From assembly GCA_964187785.1 (NCBI GenBank), contig OZ076409.1, positions 91,948,001 through 92,008,000 on the forward strand: 60,000 nucleotides of DNA, given 5' to 3'. Shown one piece after another: positions 24,420 to 37,352 of the stretch. The notes below the pieces were generated by a model. The model was not told the DNA's origin and searched no databases. It worked only from the letters and a program-made list of their open reading frames with translations. The first letter of the stretch is position 1. Every line of letters starts with the position of its first letter. Both the position numbers and the translations under genes were made by a program. This DNA comes from Amphiscolops sp. MND2022. Taxonomy: Eukaryota.

Positions 24420-25779
24420 ACAGTGAGTAAAAGATCACCAGAGTAAAGAAGTAGCGACCATAATCTCCCCATCTCAGCATGGATTCATAAAAGGACGAGT
24501 ACGTTATCTCAACTGCTCCTTTATCTCGATAGTCTTTGTCGCGCTTCCGATGAATGTGTATTCGTTTGCTCAGTTTAATTTGATTTCAAAAAGGCATTTG
24601 ACCTTGTACCTCACGATAAACTACTCATAAAACTTTCAACTTTTAAGTTTGATGAAATATTACAGCTGTTTCTTTAAATCTTATCTTTCCAATCGCAGGC
24701 AGTGCAAAGTGTTTCTGAGTTGAAGAATGTAACATGCGGCGCTCTTCAAGGCAGTGTACTCAGTCCTTTGTTATTTACATTTTTCATTAAGTATATCTCT
24801 GACAACTTGCAATATACCGATGCATTGCTCAATGCTGATGATTTCAAAATTTGGGCCAAAATATTTTCGAATGCTTGTGATAATCAATTAAACAGTGACG
24901 ATATTTCTCCTACCCTCTCGGCTGATGACAACGGGATGATATCCAACCTCGATAAAATCAAATTTATAAGTTTTGGCCCCGGAAAATTATCACTGTCTAT
25001 GAAGAATGTACCCATTTGCGAAGTCAACGAAATTAAAGATCTTGTGCTATTTTTTGATTATAAATTATGTTGAGACCCACACATCAAATATCAACTACAT
25101 AAAAGTTCTCAAATTGTGGCTCTCATAAAGAGGAGTGAACCCTCTGGTATCTCGAGATCAAAAATCCAGCTGCTCTTACAAATGCAAATCTGTAGTAAGT
25201 TCATAACACACCACAATTTCTTCTTGCCATCAGTCAAAACAGGATACTATAATCTTAAAAATCGTGTATTTGACTTAGAATGGCCCTATCAAAAATTCAA
25301 ATCCAGCCTTCACTCCTTTTCATGTTCCCTTCGCGACTCTAAATTTTTGCTACACCTGTCTTGCACTTTCTGTGTTAAATTGTTGAGTCCTAGTTGCAGG
25401 AGCTAATTGATCTTTGATAGCTAATTTGTGTCAAAAAAGAATGCTGTCTTCTTGACTTGCGTCTCCTATAAAACTGAGTGAATATACAACCTAAACACGT
25501 CTCCTATACAACTTCGTAAATGTCTCCTATACAACGTGAATAAACGTCTCCTATACAACGGGAATAAACGTCTCCTATACAACTTCAAAAATGACTGCTG
25601 AGTCTTCTTGACTCGCGTCACCTATACACTTCAAATCTATTTCTTTATGTTAAAACACACCATGTTATGTTTTATTTAGCAGTAATAATTGTTCGACTGT
25701 TTACTTTTGTGGTTCGCATATTTGCTATTGTTCTTTGCTTCTGAAAAGGAATTCAAGTCTTTATCTATCTATCTATCTA
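24420..25779 (+). mobile_element. CR1/L2-type LINE relic (RT domain and 3' tail)
   Basis: QHGF, DFKKAFDLVPHDKL, GALQGSVLSPLLF, NADDFKI and IKDL motifs in broken frames. (tatc)n tail at ~25762-25779. Confidence 0.82.
25460..25635 (+). repeat. Minisatellite, ~23-24-bp unit (cgtctcctatacaac core), about 6 copies, within the LINE 3' region
   Basis: Core seen at ~25460, 25498, 25521, 25545, 25569 and 25616. Confidence 0.85.
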
Positions 25780-26466
25780 GCTAGCAATCATGGCTGCAAT
25801 GGCAATGTCACACATAATTCTTGAAATAACGAGAGATACAATTGATGTTTCTGTCACAAAAACGATAACCACAAGACTCGAGGCTTGAACTTGGTGTTAT
25901 TTTGCTTCCTTTGACGAGTCCACAGCGCTGCAAGCGAGATTGAGTGAAACTGTGCCCAAAAAAGAAATTGATCAAATCAAATAATTTAATGAACACATAA
26001 GTAACAGTAACTTGTCCCAAGCGCTGTGATCTCTCTCAGACGATTGATAGGGAAGAACTCTACATCTACCAAGGAAAATTGGCAGAAAACTGTGCTTGAC
26101 ATCTTGCATGGAAAAGATCCTCTTCCACAGGAAATAATACGCCAATAGGTTTTAAAAGACTTTTCATCCTGCCACTTTGGAACAAAACTAATCGTTTTTC
26201 AACATGTTGCGGAATTGACAAATCACAAACCTCGATATCAACCTACTATCCATTAAATACCTACACCGCAGATTCTGATACGTTTTTGTGTCAAATTTTT
26301 GAAACATCGAAAGCCTCGAATGTTGTGCTACAGAACTCTGCAAAATATTTGCGAAGAAACATATAGTTTTGAGAGATAAAGTACAGTTCTTAAGATTGAT
26401 TCAATTGATGATCAATTTTTTCAACAAAATATTAGGTTTGAATTTTTCACTGCCAGTGAACAAATC

Positions 26467-28200
26467 CAGGGTTGCTGAGAAAGCGAGACAGTAGGTGACC
26501 CGGGAATGCCATGTCAGTTCGAGATGACAAAGAGAGTTAAGCAAGGCTACCCACTAGGCCTCTGTAGTCATGTCCTAACATTTGTTGTTGCTCATCCGAT
26601 ACGTTTTCTGGCATCTGGTCTTCAATCAGCTCCAGCTTGTCTGCGAGTGGTGTTGAAGCTGCCTTGCACTTGCCCATACTGTGTTTGCGAAATAGGTTGC
26701 TCACTTAAACCTGATTTTTCATTGTCAGCGAAACCCCTTCCACTCGAAGGAAATTCCCAAGAACCACGGAAACGACTGCTTTCTCAATGTTCAACGGCAC
26801 GCTCATCTTGTAATTGAACGACGTGGTGAATTGACTGTCAAGTGACCCGTAAAGAGTATCATCTTCCGGGACCACTATCCAGCACGTGGGGTGACCATTC
26901 CTCGTCAGTGTCAGCCAGCAAGGGTCGTGAACTGATGCCTTGAAGTTGTGCTCAAACAGAGGAGAGACACTCGAACCAATTAAGTCCCAATTGCTTGAGT
27001 CCGTGAAGTGACCGCTGAAGCTTGCACCCTATCAGCTTGCCGTTTCAGTACCACTCTACCTTCTCCATGTCCTCTTGGATTGCTACGTACTGGTATGCTG
27101 TCTTTATGTGCATCTGGTTGAATTGAAAACCCAGCTCCACCCCACATGCCATTGTAGCTCTGAGTGTAGACAGCTTCGCCGTAGATGAGTAGATGTCGTG
27201 AAAATCAATGTTCGGCGTCTGAGTGAACTCTCGTATGTTGCCTTGTCCTGATGGTGTCTTTACCAGCTCCCAGACACCACTTTCTTCAAGTGATTTCCTG
27301 TTTTCCAGTATAGATCCGCCAGGGCGTCTGCTGTACTGCTTGGAAGGCCATTTGAAAACAAAGCATCACAGTGAAGTGCCAGGTTCTCCCGTTTTTTCCT
27401 ATCACATAGGCACCGAAGTGTTGAGGCGCTGTTCGAGTCCTTCCCGATCATTTGGTTGTCGTCTGCTGGATCAAGTTTTCCACTAATGTTGTACTGTCCG
27501 TGATATTGGTTGCACCTTTATCTGCATTGATGTTCTCCCTTGGACGGCATGAGACTTCAGTGATGTGACCTCGCATTGTTCTTCTAACCTCGATTTCAGA
27601 CGATCAACATCCGACTGCGGTGCATCATTATCTTCGCCTCCCTCTTGGGTAACTGCAGAACAACGTTGGAACGGAAAATCATTGTCAATGAGGTTGATCG
27701 TTTGTGACAGCCAGAACTTTGTTGCCCATGACTCTGTCCTTCATGTTGAGGCCACCACTAATGCCTTGGAGTTTGCCGGGTATCCCAGTAGAAGGGCTTC
27801 ACGTGCCTTGAAGTCCAGCGTCTTCCTGACTTCGTTGAACACAAACGACTTGCACTCAAACACCTGAAGATGTGAGAGGTTTTACTGACAACAGTGAAGG
27901 TAAAAACTCGAAAAAACTCAAGATATAGTCATATCAAATGAATTGGCAATCATGTACGTGAATGGTTTTTACTGGACATGAGTTTTACGAGTTCAATATG
28001 AAAGATTTGAAAGGGTTTTATTATCCAACAAAGTACGATCTGGACACGCAAACACCAGCTTGTTATGTAAGAGGAGAAAAGTTGTTGTTTTTGATTGTAA
28101 TTGTAGAGGTTTGATGTTCAAAAAAACCTGTCAATCATTAGTTGTCACTTGCTGATGTTGTTTCAGCAACAGTTAGGCTTGCTTCCGTGAAACATCTCAA
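26467..28200 (-). pseudogene. Older internal fragment of a copia-2-family element (IN end to RT), with a ~290-bp insertion at ~27881-28171
   Basis: Colinear with ~19857-21405, for example ctacccactaggcctctgtagt, agggcgtctgctgta and ggcttgcttccgtgaaacatctcaaa. Many indels. Confidence 0.85.
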
Positions 28201-28389
28201 ACATCGCATCACTTCAAAAGTCGCTCGATTGTTCGGGTACTTTGCAACGACCTGGGTTTCCGAAAAGCCCAAAGGTCCCTCTTCAAAATTTTTGCCACTG
28301 TAAGATTTTTCAGAATGACTGTTTTTTGTTTTAAAGTTTTATCTTCTCGTCAATCTGTTTTTTACAATCTGTTTTCAATGGAGGCCCTC

Positions 28390-28990
28390 AACTTTGTCTG
28401 CTTTGTGTTCACCTCTTGTTTCGTGTTCTGTGATGATGCAAAATTGGTTTTCATAGGCAACGAACCAATAGTTGACAATATCGCTCTTTGGTGCTTTGAC
28501 AACAATAGGTTTCTCAACGCTGATGAAAACACTTTTTTAAGGGGAAAATCTTGCGAACATTTCCTTGCCAGCGAAAAGCTGAAACGTCCAAAACAAAAAT
28601 ATCTGGTCTCATTGAGGAAGTGTCTTTAAAATGGCACGAGCACATTGCTGAGAAAAGTCACAAAGCTTTATGAGTCCTAATGAATAAGCGAACCTGCGAA
28701 CCTGCGAACACTCGAGTGCAAAAACAATCTTTAAAAAACACTCGTTCTCCCTTTTTTAGGCTATGGTTGACTTTGTTTGCTTGCGAGCGTCGATGGACTG
28801 AAACGGCTCGAGCGAGTACAGAAGTACGTTGTAATTTGGATGAGAAAAGTTTTTACAAAACTGGCTTTTTGACGAAGTTTATTACCAATTTCCTTGTACT
28901 TCCAATGAGTGACTTACAGACCCTTTCCAAATTTATGAATGGTGAGTATAATGATACGAAGGAGAGCTTCGTCAGGTTGCTTTCACCGAA
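28390..28990 (+). pseudogene. Second LINE RT fragment, heavily decayed
   Basis: FVFCDDAKL followed by W...N...LNADE and D/YLV-like motifs typical of the CR1/L2 RT C-terminus. Confidence 0.55.
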
Positions 28991-28994
28991 CAGA

Positions 28995-30089
28995 AACAAG
29001 ACGGGAACGTCCCAAGTCGGCGCCATATCTTACGCTCAAAAATATTCAAGGAACAACTATTGTAAAAATTTGGAAAAAAAAATTTTCAAAAAAATTATTT
29101 TTGAAATTTAAGGGGGGGGCACTTTGGTCTCACCTGTACTTTTGGAAACATAAAAAATTTGTGGTTTAGTGCGAGAATCGAACCCACGATCTCCTGCTTT
29201 TCAGAAAATTAGTTGAACAAATGTGAACAAAGATTGTAAGAAAAGTGGACCACTCAGAGTGAGATTGTCAACTGAAAAAAAAAACAAGACGGGATCGTCT
29301 CAAGTCGGCGCTATATCTAAGGCTCAAAAATATTCAAAGAACAACTATTGGAAACATTTGGAAAAATTATTTTTAAAAAAATTTTTGAAAATTTTTTTTT
29401 CGAAAAATTTTTTTTTAGAAAGTCGCACAATGCCGAAAAACTCAAAAAGAGTACTTTAGGAAGCATAAAAATATTATGGTTTAGTGCGAGAATCGAACCC
29501 CCGCTCTCCGGCTTCAGAAACTTAGTCGAAGATGAACAAGATGAACAAATTGTAAAAAGTGGACCACTCAGAGTGAGATTGTCAACTGAAAAAAACAAAA
29601 AAAAAAACAAGACGGGAACGTCCCAAGTCGGCGCCATATCTTAGGCTCAAAAATATTCAAGGAACAACTATTGTAAAAATTTGGAAAAAAAAATTTTTCA
29701 AAAAAATTATTTTTGAAATTTTTTTCGAAAAAAAAAGTATTTTTAAGTCGCAAAATGCCGAAAAAAATCCAAAGGGGGGACCCTTTGGGCACGTCCGGTT
29801 GTGTATGTTTCCTTGAAAACCTTTGGAGTAAAGTTTGCCTTCTGCGCAGAATTGCAGAATTGTAAGAAAAGTGGACCACTCAGAGTGAGATTGTCAACTG
29901 AAAAAAACAAAAAAAAAAAACTACTCACTGTAAGAGTCGGGCTTTTTTCCTTAAGGGAAAAGGCGCCGACTAAAAAACTACTCACTGTAAGAGTCGGGCT
30001 TTTTTCCTTAAGGGAAAAGGCGCCGACTAAAAACTACTCACTGTAAGAGTCGGGCTTTTTTCCTTAAGGGAAAAGGCGCCGACTAAAAA
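28995..30089 (-). mobile_element. Head-to-tail trimer of a HINE-like repeat, ending in three tandem copies of its 56-57-bp palindromic end
   Basis: Units start aacaagacggga at 28995, 29283 and 29606. ctactcactgtaagagtcgggcttttttccttaagggaaaaggcgccgactaaaaa occurs at 29921, 29978 and 30034. Confidence 0.8.
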
Positions 30090-30649
30090 TAGAGACTCGA
30101 CAACGATGCATTTGGTGATGCCTTTGGCTGGACCAGCTCTATGTGAAACAAATTATTTTATACGTGCTCTAAGCTCTACGTGAAGTACATACGTGAATAG
30201 GTTGCTGACGTCTAATGATTTTTTCCAACCGGTTGGACTCAAGGTAAGGTTGCTTCGATTTGTCCTGAACTATTACCTTCCTGGAACACTCATGACCCAG
30301 ATGGTCCTCATACTTGTAGGTTTTGAAACCATTCCGTTCGATTGATTGTACAGTGATGATTCGAATCAGCTACTTGTCCTGTTGGTAGATTGTATCACGT
30401 GTTGTGTGCTATCTCGTCAAGCCAAATTCCAAACTGTACAATCGCGTGTCGTGTACAAATGTTCCTTCGAGCTCCGTTCCCTGCAGATTTTGCCAACTTC
30501 ATCATATTCGACTTTCCGTTACCATTTCTGGATCATTTGTTAATGACGCCGATGGCTGGTACGCCATTCCATGCAATTTTGAGATAGAGAGTGATCCCTT
30601 CGGGTCAACAGATCTTGAATTATGATGATGAGTTATGTGCGGTATTGTC

Positions 30650-31028
30650 TTTTTAGTCGGCGTTTTGGAAGAAAATCCCGACTCTTACAGCGGCTAGTTT
30701 TTTTTCGTCAGTTCAACGCGTAACGTCCACTTTTTGTGCATTAATCCAATTAATGCACATTTACCAACTTTTACCATATGTACTTAGTACTTCATTTTCA
30801 ACGCCTCCAAAGCGTCTAACATGAGATAAAAAGCGTCCCCCCTTTACATTTTTTGGCACTATGCGACTTACCGGAAACTTCGAAAAAAATTTCAAAAAAA
30901 ATTCGGAAATTTTTTTCTCATTTTTTAGTTTTTTGAGAGTTTTTGTTGTCTCCAGTTGTAGAAAAAGTGGTTTTCGAGTCTTTTTGAGCCTTAGATATGG
31001 CGCCGACTTAGGCCGTTCCCGGCTTGTT
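30650..31028 (+). mobile_element. HINE/DINE-1-like repeat, copy E
   Basis: tttttagtcggcg ... ggcgccgacttaggccgttcccggcttgtt. Confidence 0.72.
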
Positions 31029-31114
31029 TAGTTTTGTCATGCAAATACATTACATCATCAGTTGCCTGTAAATCCATAATAAGACTGATGATATTAATAT
31101 TATCAATAATAGTA

Positions 31115-31539
31115 AACAAGCTGAGAACGGCCCAAGTCGGCGCCATATCTAAGGCTCAAAAATAGCAAAAGGTCTTCAAAGTGTCAAGTACTCTCTTCTA
31201 CAGTACCCGAATGAAAGAAATTTTTAAAAATTTTCCCCGAAATTTTTGTGAAGTCGCCGGTAAGTCGCCTAGTGCCGAAAATGAGAAACGGGGACCCTTC
31301 GGGACTTTTTGAACATTCATTCTGTTGCAAAATAGAAAAATGGAAGGGGGACCCTTTGGAGACATTAAAAAAATTGCAAAAAAGTCTCATAAAGCCGAAA
31401 TAACATGCACAAATGTGCACAAATGTACAAATTAATGTGACAGTTAGTGGAAGCCAGCTTATAAAGCTTATAAAATCTGTCACTTCGTTGGTCTTAAAAA
31501 AGTCACTACTACTGTCTACGGAAAGCGCTGACTAAAAAA
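31115..31539 (-). mobile_element. HINE/DINE-1-like repeat, copy F
   Basis: aacaagctgagaacggcccaagtcggcgcc ... gcgctgactaaaaaa. Confidence 0.72.
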
Positions 31540-33049
31540 GTAAAATTGAAAACTTCAGCGCGATTTGGTTTCTGATGACGCAGAGTATCTAGAATACTCG
31601 AACTCGAAATTGCAAATGCCTAGTGTCGATTACAACAAGTATTAGCAATTGTTATCCATGTTAAGGTTGACAAAGCATATCGTTGCATATCAATCAAAAT
31701 CAAAATTCCTATGTAACTTCTGTTCAGTTTTTTTAGGAAAACCCTCGTTTGTAGATCAGTGCTTTTGTGTGAAATTTTGTACAAGTACATTTTGAAGATG
31801 CTTTGGCTGAGGTTCCAAACTGTCAAAAACAAGAAATGCGTTCTCTGAATCGCAAGAAAAGGGAAGTTTCCATAACCTTGTTGACCTAACATTTCATTAC
31901 AGAGTTTGGGTTTAATAACTACGAGAAAACTAAACGAAACTGCTTCGAGACAGAATGTAAGCTGTTTGAAGAATTTAATGTTTGTGCCATAGACAAGCCC
32001 GGGCATTGAAGAACTGTCACTTTGATTTTGAGAAAAAATGTTTGAGTCTTCGTACGATCTATATCTTACATCAAGTGCACCGATTGTAATCTAAGAATTG
32101 AGGTTCGCTGCTATGGACCTACAGTCCCACATGTGTTTGTTTCGTCCCTATGAGTCCTCACTGCAACCAGTAACTGGACGACTATTTCTTCATGAATAGC
32201 TGAACTATTACCTATCTCTATCTGAATAATCATAACATCTCTTTTTTCATAAAGTAAAAAGGGGATTTGATGTATAATTTCTTCAGTAAGTGCCTCTTTG
32301 TTCCCCAGCATTCTTAAACTATTTTCCCTCTTATTTGTTTTTTCCAGAGACTTTAACTCTTTCCTGTCCCAAGTCTGTCTTCATTATGTAAAGTGGACGT
32401 AAGGTCCTCATCCATTTCATGGGATACTCTCGTGATCTGTCGCTTTTAAAACTCCGACATCATCCATGTTTTCCTAGTATGATATGATGTCTCGGTGTCG
32501 ATAGAATACTGCTTCGACTTTCTGTATCCACGTTGAGGGCATTTGGCAGAATTTTGATTGTTTAAGACTATATTGGTTCTCTAGATGCTGAGAATACAAT
32601 TGATGAAATGCGGTCTTGGATAATATATAATAACAAGTTATATTGCAGTAAACTGTTTCAAAGTTAAAAAGGTTTGCAACTTGCAGTCTATAAAGCGTTT
32701 CAGATTTGTCAAAATTACAAAACCATTATTGCAAGAGTCTCAAGAGGTTGGCGTGTAGGTCTTTATTAAGCTTGGGAAACTTTTGTCTGATTGGCAATAT
32801 TCTTGGATATAATCTCAAAACTAACATATGGCTCTTTAATTTAATACAATTTTATACCACACGACATATTGGTAAAATTTGAACCTTTTTCTTGAAAGTG
32901 AAATAACATTGTCACGAATGACTCAATTTGACAATGTCCTTTTCAACTTCAATCAACCTCATTACGACTGTCTCATTCATGACTCATTTACACTTCCTGA
33001 ATGAAGCCTAAATGTACGAATATATGCGACATGTTCATCAATTTGCGTT

Positions 33050-35560
33050 AACTACGCCCTGCGGAAAAGTGCTTCGTATCAGAGAGATATTTATCCAACT
33101 GTTCACAAAATGTTTCATAAAAACGTTTACTTGGATGATTTGTTTCTTTCAGTTGCCACAATAGAGAAAGCAATGCTGTTATCAACAATATCAGAAGCGC
33201 TATGCGATACGGAGGTGGTTTCAATCAAAACAAATGGGTTTCAAATCAAATCAAAAGCACTATCCAAAAGAGCCCAGCGTTTTGCCGGCAGATGCACTTA
33301 GAGCGCCTCCAGATGAACAAACTTAACATGACCGTGCACTTTGTACATTGAGCTCAACAATGACATCGATGAACGTCATCAGGTGCGACTTGACACAGGG
33401 AGAGCTACTTGCAGACAATTTCTTCCTTTTTCGATCCCCTGTAGCTATCCGAACCCGGTTGACTTTGCAAAATGATTAGTCATTGGGAAAGACATGGGAC
33501 GAGACCTTGACTGCTAAAGTGTTTCCCAAACTGAAACAAATTCTCTCTGATTTGGTCTGCTTGCAACCGACACCCTTACCGCAACAATACTTCATCAGCA
33601 ACAAACAGTCAGTAAACCTTTTTTTCTGCAACGAATTGTGCACAGCAGTTTGTGCTGCAGCCTATTTTGTTCTCAATCAAAGTGATACATTTAATAATGA
33701 TTTTGTCCAGGGAAAAACTAAGTTGCTCCCAATAAACATTGAACTAAAACGAAACCTAAATTGCAAGCTGCTGCTCTCGGATCACTTGTCTCAACGTTTC
33801 GGTGCCGCGAGCATTGCATAACTTTCTCCCGTATTTTGTTTTGGGACGAATAGTGGTACTGTTTAAATGGATTTATGGTTCCGCTAATTGACAGCAAAAT
33901 TTCATTGCCAACCGAGTAGGCGAAATTTTCGAAACATATCAGCCCGCACAATAGCCATTAATGCCAGAGGATCTTTAATCCAGCTGTTGATGGTACTCTT
34001 GGGATCAAAGTTTCTGGTATCACGGTCTCCTCATGTTGGCTTACAGGACCTGATTTCTTTGCAACGAACGAAAGTTACTAGCTGGTAAACAACACTCCCG
34101 CTGCACCATGTACGGAAACGCAAGTTTCACTTCTTACCAAGAGACTTTGGACATTCCAGAACGCTTGATTGATACCAACCGTTTCTTTAATATGAATTGT
34201 CTGCCGGAAGTTTGTTCCTTGTTCAAAATGGAATAGCCTAAACTCCGAAAACTTTGTGTACCACTGCTATTGCTCTCACCGCCACTGATAGGCCAAATTC
34301 CCTCGTTATTTCGTTTAATATGTCAAAAAGAGAATTTTCACGAATACATCAACTTATGGAATCCAATTTTCTTTTGTTCATCGGGTACGCTCTTGGCAAA
34401 TTGCTCTCTTTTTCTTGATGGCAGTCAGTCACTTTGATCATGCAGTGGCGTCTGGAAATCTCAATTTGACTAGGCGGTGAAATGTCCCATTACTTTGGAC
34501 TAGAAGGATTAGATTGTCAGTCTTTATTTCTTCCAAACACACCGCGACAACCACCTCTCAGGTGTTGAACATACTAGAAGTACCCTTCAACTACAATTTT
34601 TTTTTCGTTTTAGCGCTGTCCTCATGCAGGTAATAAAAGCTTGACATGCTTGTCGGCGTCGGAAAGTTGTCAGTCTTTAACTTCAAATGGCAGGTCTACC
34701 CCAAAGTTGGTTTCCTGCCGATAAACCTTTTCCGTTTCTTCATTGTGATTGTGGATATTTTCAGTCCATTTCCTATTCTCAACGAATCTAATGATCCAGT
34801 GCATGAGAAGCGCTGTGGTTTCCTGATCACTTGCCTGATAACCCAGAGCGGTCAAATTGAACTAACCTTCAGCCTGTCTGCAGACTCCTTCATATATAGT
34901 AATTGTCGTTTCGTCTCTCGTCGGGGATACACTCGTGGCAATAAGTCCGACAGGGGCAGATGTTTTTTGGTGCTATTAAAAATCCAAATGAATTCATCAC
35001 AATCCCAAACTCCACTGATATTGCCTTCTTCCATTCAGTCACAGAAGACTTTAAGTATTCAGTCATCTGCTCGAAAACGCTGACAGATGAGATACGTTTG
35101 ACAGTTTTTGCTCAAGTCTAAAACTTTCTTATCGCAAGACCATTAACATATGTCTTCTGATGCTGAAGATGTCTAGTCACTTGCCACGAACATTTTATTC
35201 TAGGAAGACCAGAACTGAACGCTGCTCTTGGTTTTTTCGAACTCACCGCTTCTTTGACAAAATTATGGCAGTACGCTCAAAAATTGTCATCGTTCTTTTG
35301 GAATCGCCTACTGAAAATTTTCGTGCCGTCTTTGCCCAACGCACAAAATGGACAAACAAATCACGTATTTTGAAACCAAGTGAACTTGTCTGGATTGTTG
35401 TAGATATCACACCTCATGGCAATTGGCATCTTGGTTGGATCATGAACCCTTTGACTTGCGACCTGAACGACTAAATAAAAAAACATGAAGTCAAAAAAAT
35501 CAATCGTAAACGAACAATGACGACTGTCGAATTTGCCCCTATTCTAGATGAAAGTAGTGC
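33050..35560 (+). pseudogene. BEL/Pao LTR retrotransposon pol relic (RT end, RNase H, integrase, C-terminal domain)
   Basis: In the expected order across broken frames: NVYLDDL, GKTWDETL, AVCAAAY...GKTKLLP, VDIFSPF, GFLITCLIT...ELTFSLSADSF...RFVSRRG, KWT...LKPSELVWI...W.LG.I. Confidence 0.8.
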
Positions 35561-37287
35561 AATAAACGTACCCAATGAAACCAAATCGTAAATCCATAAC
35601 CTTCATAAATCGTATACTTTCAGTTTACTTTTTTTGCTCAAAATTAGTTAACATTCCTTCACTTTTTGTTTTTGTTTCGGATTCTCAAAAAAGAGTCTTT
35701 TCCCAAACTGCAATTTTTCGTCTATTTCTGGGGGGAGGACCAAGGTCATTTGGTTATTTTTAACATCTCGCAATCAATATGAGAAGTCAGTTCTGTTCAT
35801 GAGAGGTAATGTTATTCTCGGATTTCTCCTAAAAGTGCGCCTGACCGACTTCTTGAACTCACTGAACAATTGAAAGAGTTATCGAGTAAAGTCTTCATCA
35901 TTGGCATTTCTCCTCGAATGAATCGGCCTGGACAGTCCTTGGCAGTGAAGAGTTTACAAGCTAAAGATCGCTTCTACAACTTCATGGCAATTTCGAGGAT
36001 TGTTCGATTCTCTTTAGAAATCTTGTATTCACACAAAATCAGTTGACGCATTTCTGATTGAAAAACGACTCATGTGTATCATATCAATTCCGAAGGAAAA
36101 GATATTTCCAAATCGGATCAATGCCGTTTCAGACAATGCTGGTCATACCGGTTTCTGTATTTGTTCAGGGAAATGTAGTTGTGGATTTGCACAGTTTTCC
36201 GTCTGCCGAATTAGGTTCCATCAGTTTGAGACTACTTGCTGCTCTTGTCAGCCCTGTACTTTTTTTAAGTCCCACTGGCTAAACTTTCCGCAGCCCTTTT
36301 CAGACCGGTACTCCGTTGGCTGACTACAAACGTAGACACTCGAAGTGTTCCCGCTGGTTACACTGCTGATTAGCGGACATTACAAGATGCTGAATGAGAC
36401 CTTCCAATTATTTGAAGGTTTGCATTTCCAATAAATTACGTCTCTTATTCCTGCTGCTTCGTCTCCTTAATTCCGCTGAGCAAAATGGAGCCCGCTATCA
36501 CGAATTACTCATTTTATTGATGGATTTTTCAATTTCAATCAACTTCATGATGACTTTTTCATTCACGACTTTTACAGCTCTTTTGGTTCTACCTTGCTTT
36601 GAGTTATCAAACAGTCCCTGCTCTCCTTGAATCTTGGACATTTTAAATTAAACTGAATGTGACAAACTATGATGAATGAAAGTTAACGTTATCGAATTAA
36701 CCCAAGAGATTTGTAACTAAACCTGCTTCTTTCTAATAAACGTTGTTGTGACGTTATTCTGAAAATGCTACATCAAAAGGACAGTATGTCACATTAAACG
36801 TCAAAGTGAATATCTGTTAGAACAACTCCGGTATCATATTTCACCTGAATTGGAGTACATACATAAATGTGAGACGGAACTACCTCAATGTCCAATACTA
36901 AATTGATGGACGAGCTAACTACGATAATAGCTGCTAATGAGTAAATAAAGCAACGTGGATGTAAAGTGCCAGTTGGAAACCTTTTCTTTCGTCCTGTTTG
37001 GTTTATTCATTGTACATATTAGCACATCTATTTTGGACAAAAAACCTCGATTCTAATTCTACATTGGCGCTCTATATGAATAAAACACAAATCAATTTAA
37101 AAAAACGCACGCTAAACACCGAGATAATTTCCGTCACACTGGTCTAATTTCTGGTCACACTGGCAAAAAGAGTAAGGCTATAAGGCTAGAGCGAGTCTCG
37201 AAATCTCGAAAGCCGCCACACTACTCAAATAGGCAAAAAAAGTATGGCGATTGCGACGTACTGCCTGGGAAAGCAAAAATATTGCTG

Positions 37288-37352
37288 GCTCCAGCACGGG
37301 GTCGAACCCACAGCCTACAAATGGGCCACTTTGACCAAATCATCCACTTTGC
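37288..37352 (-). mobile_element. tRNA-derived (SINE-head-like) segment, not a functional tRNA
   Basis: Reverse complement has an A-box-like tggatgatttgg and a B-box gtgggttcgacccc followed by gtgctggagcca. No convincing anticodon arm. Confidence 0.45.

Noticed and set aside
25460..25635. Short repeats with variable spacers resembling a CRISPR array
   Set aside because: The core is only ~15 bp and the spacers are 8-9 bp and related to each other. The context is a eukaryotic LINE with no cas genes, so it is a minisatellite.
29921..30089. Palindromic repeats resembling CRISPR repeats or rho-independent terminators
   Set aside because: There are no unique spacers. These are tandem copies of the dispersed repeat's terminus.
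37288..37352. Functional tRNA gene
   Set aside because: Only box-like motifs are present. I could not fold a full cloverleaf with acceptor and anticodon stems.
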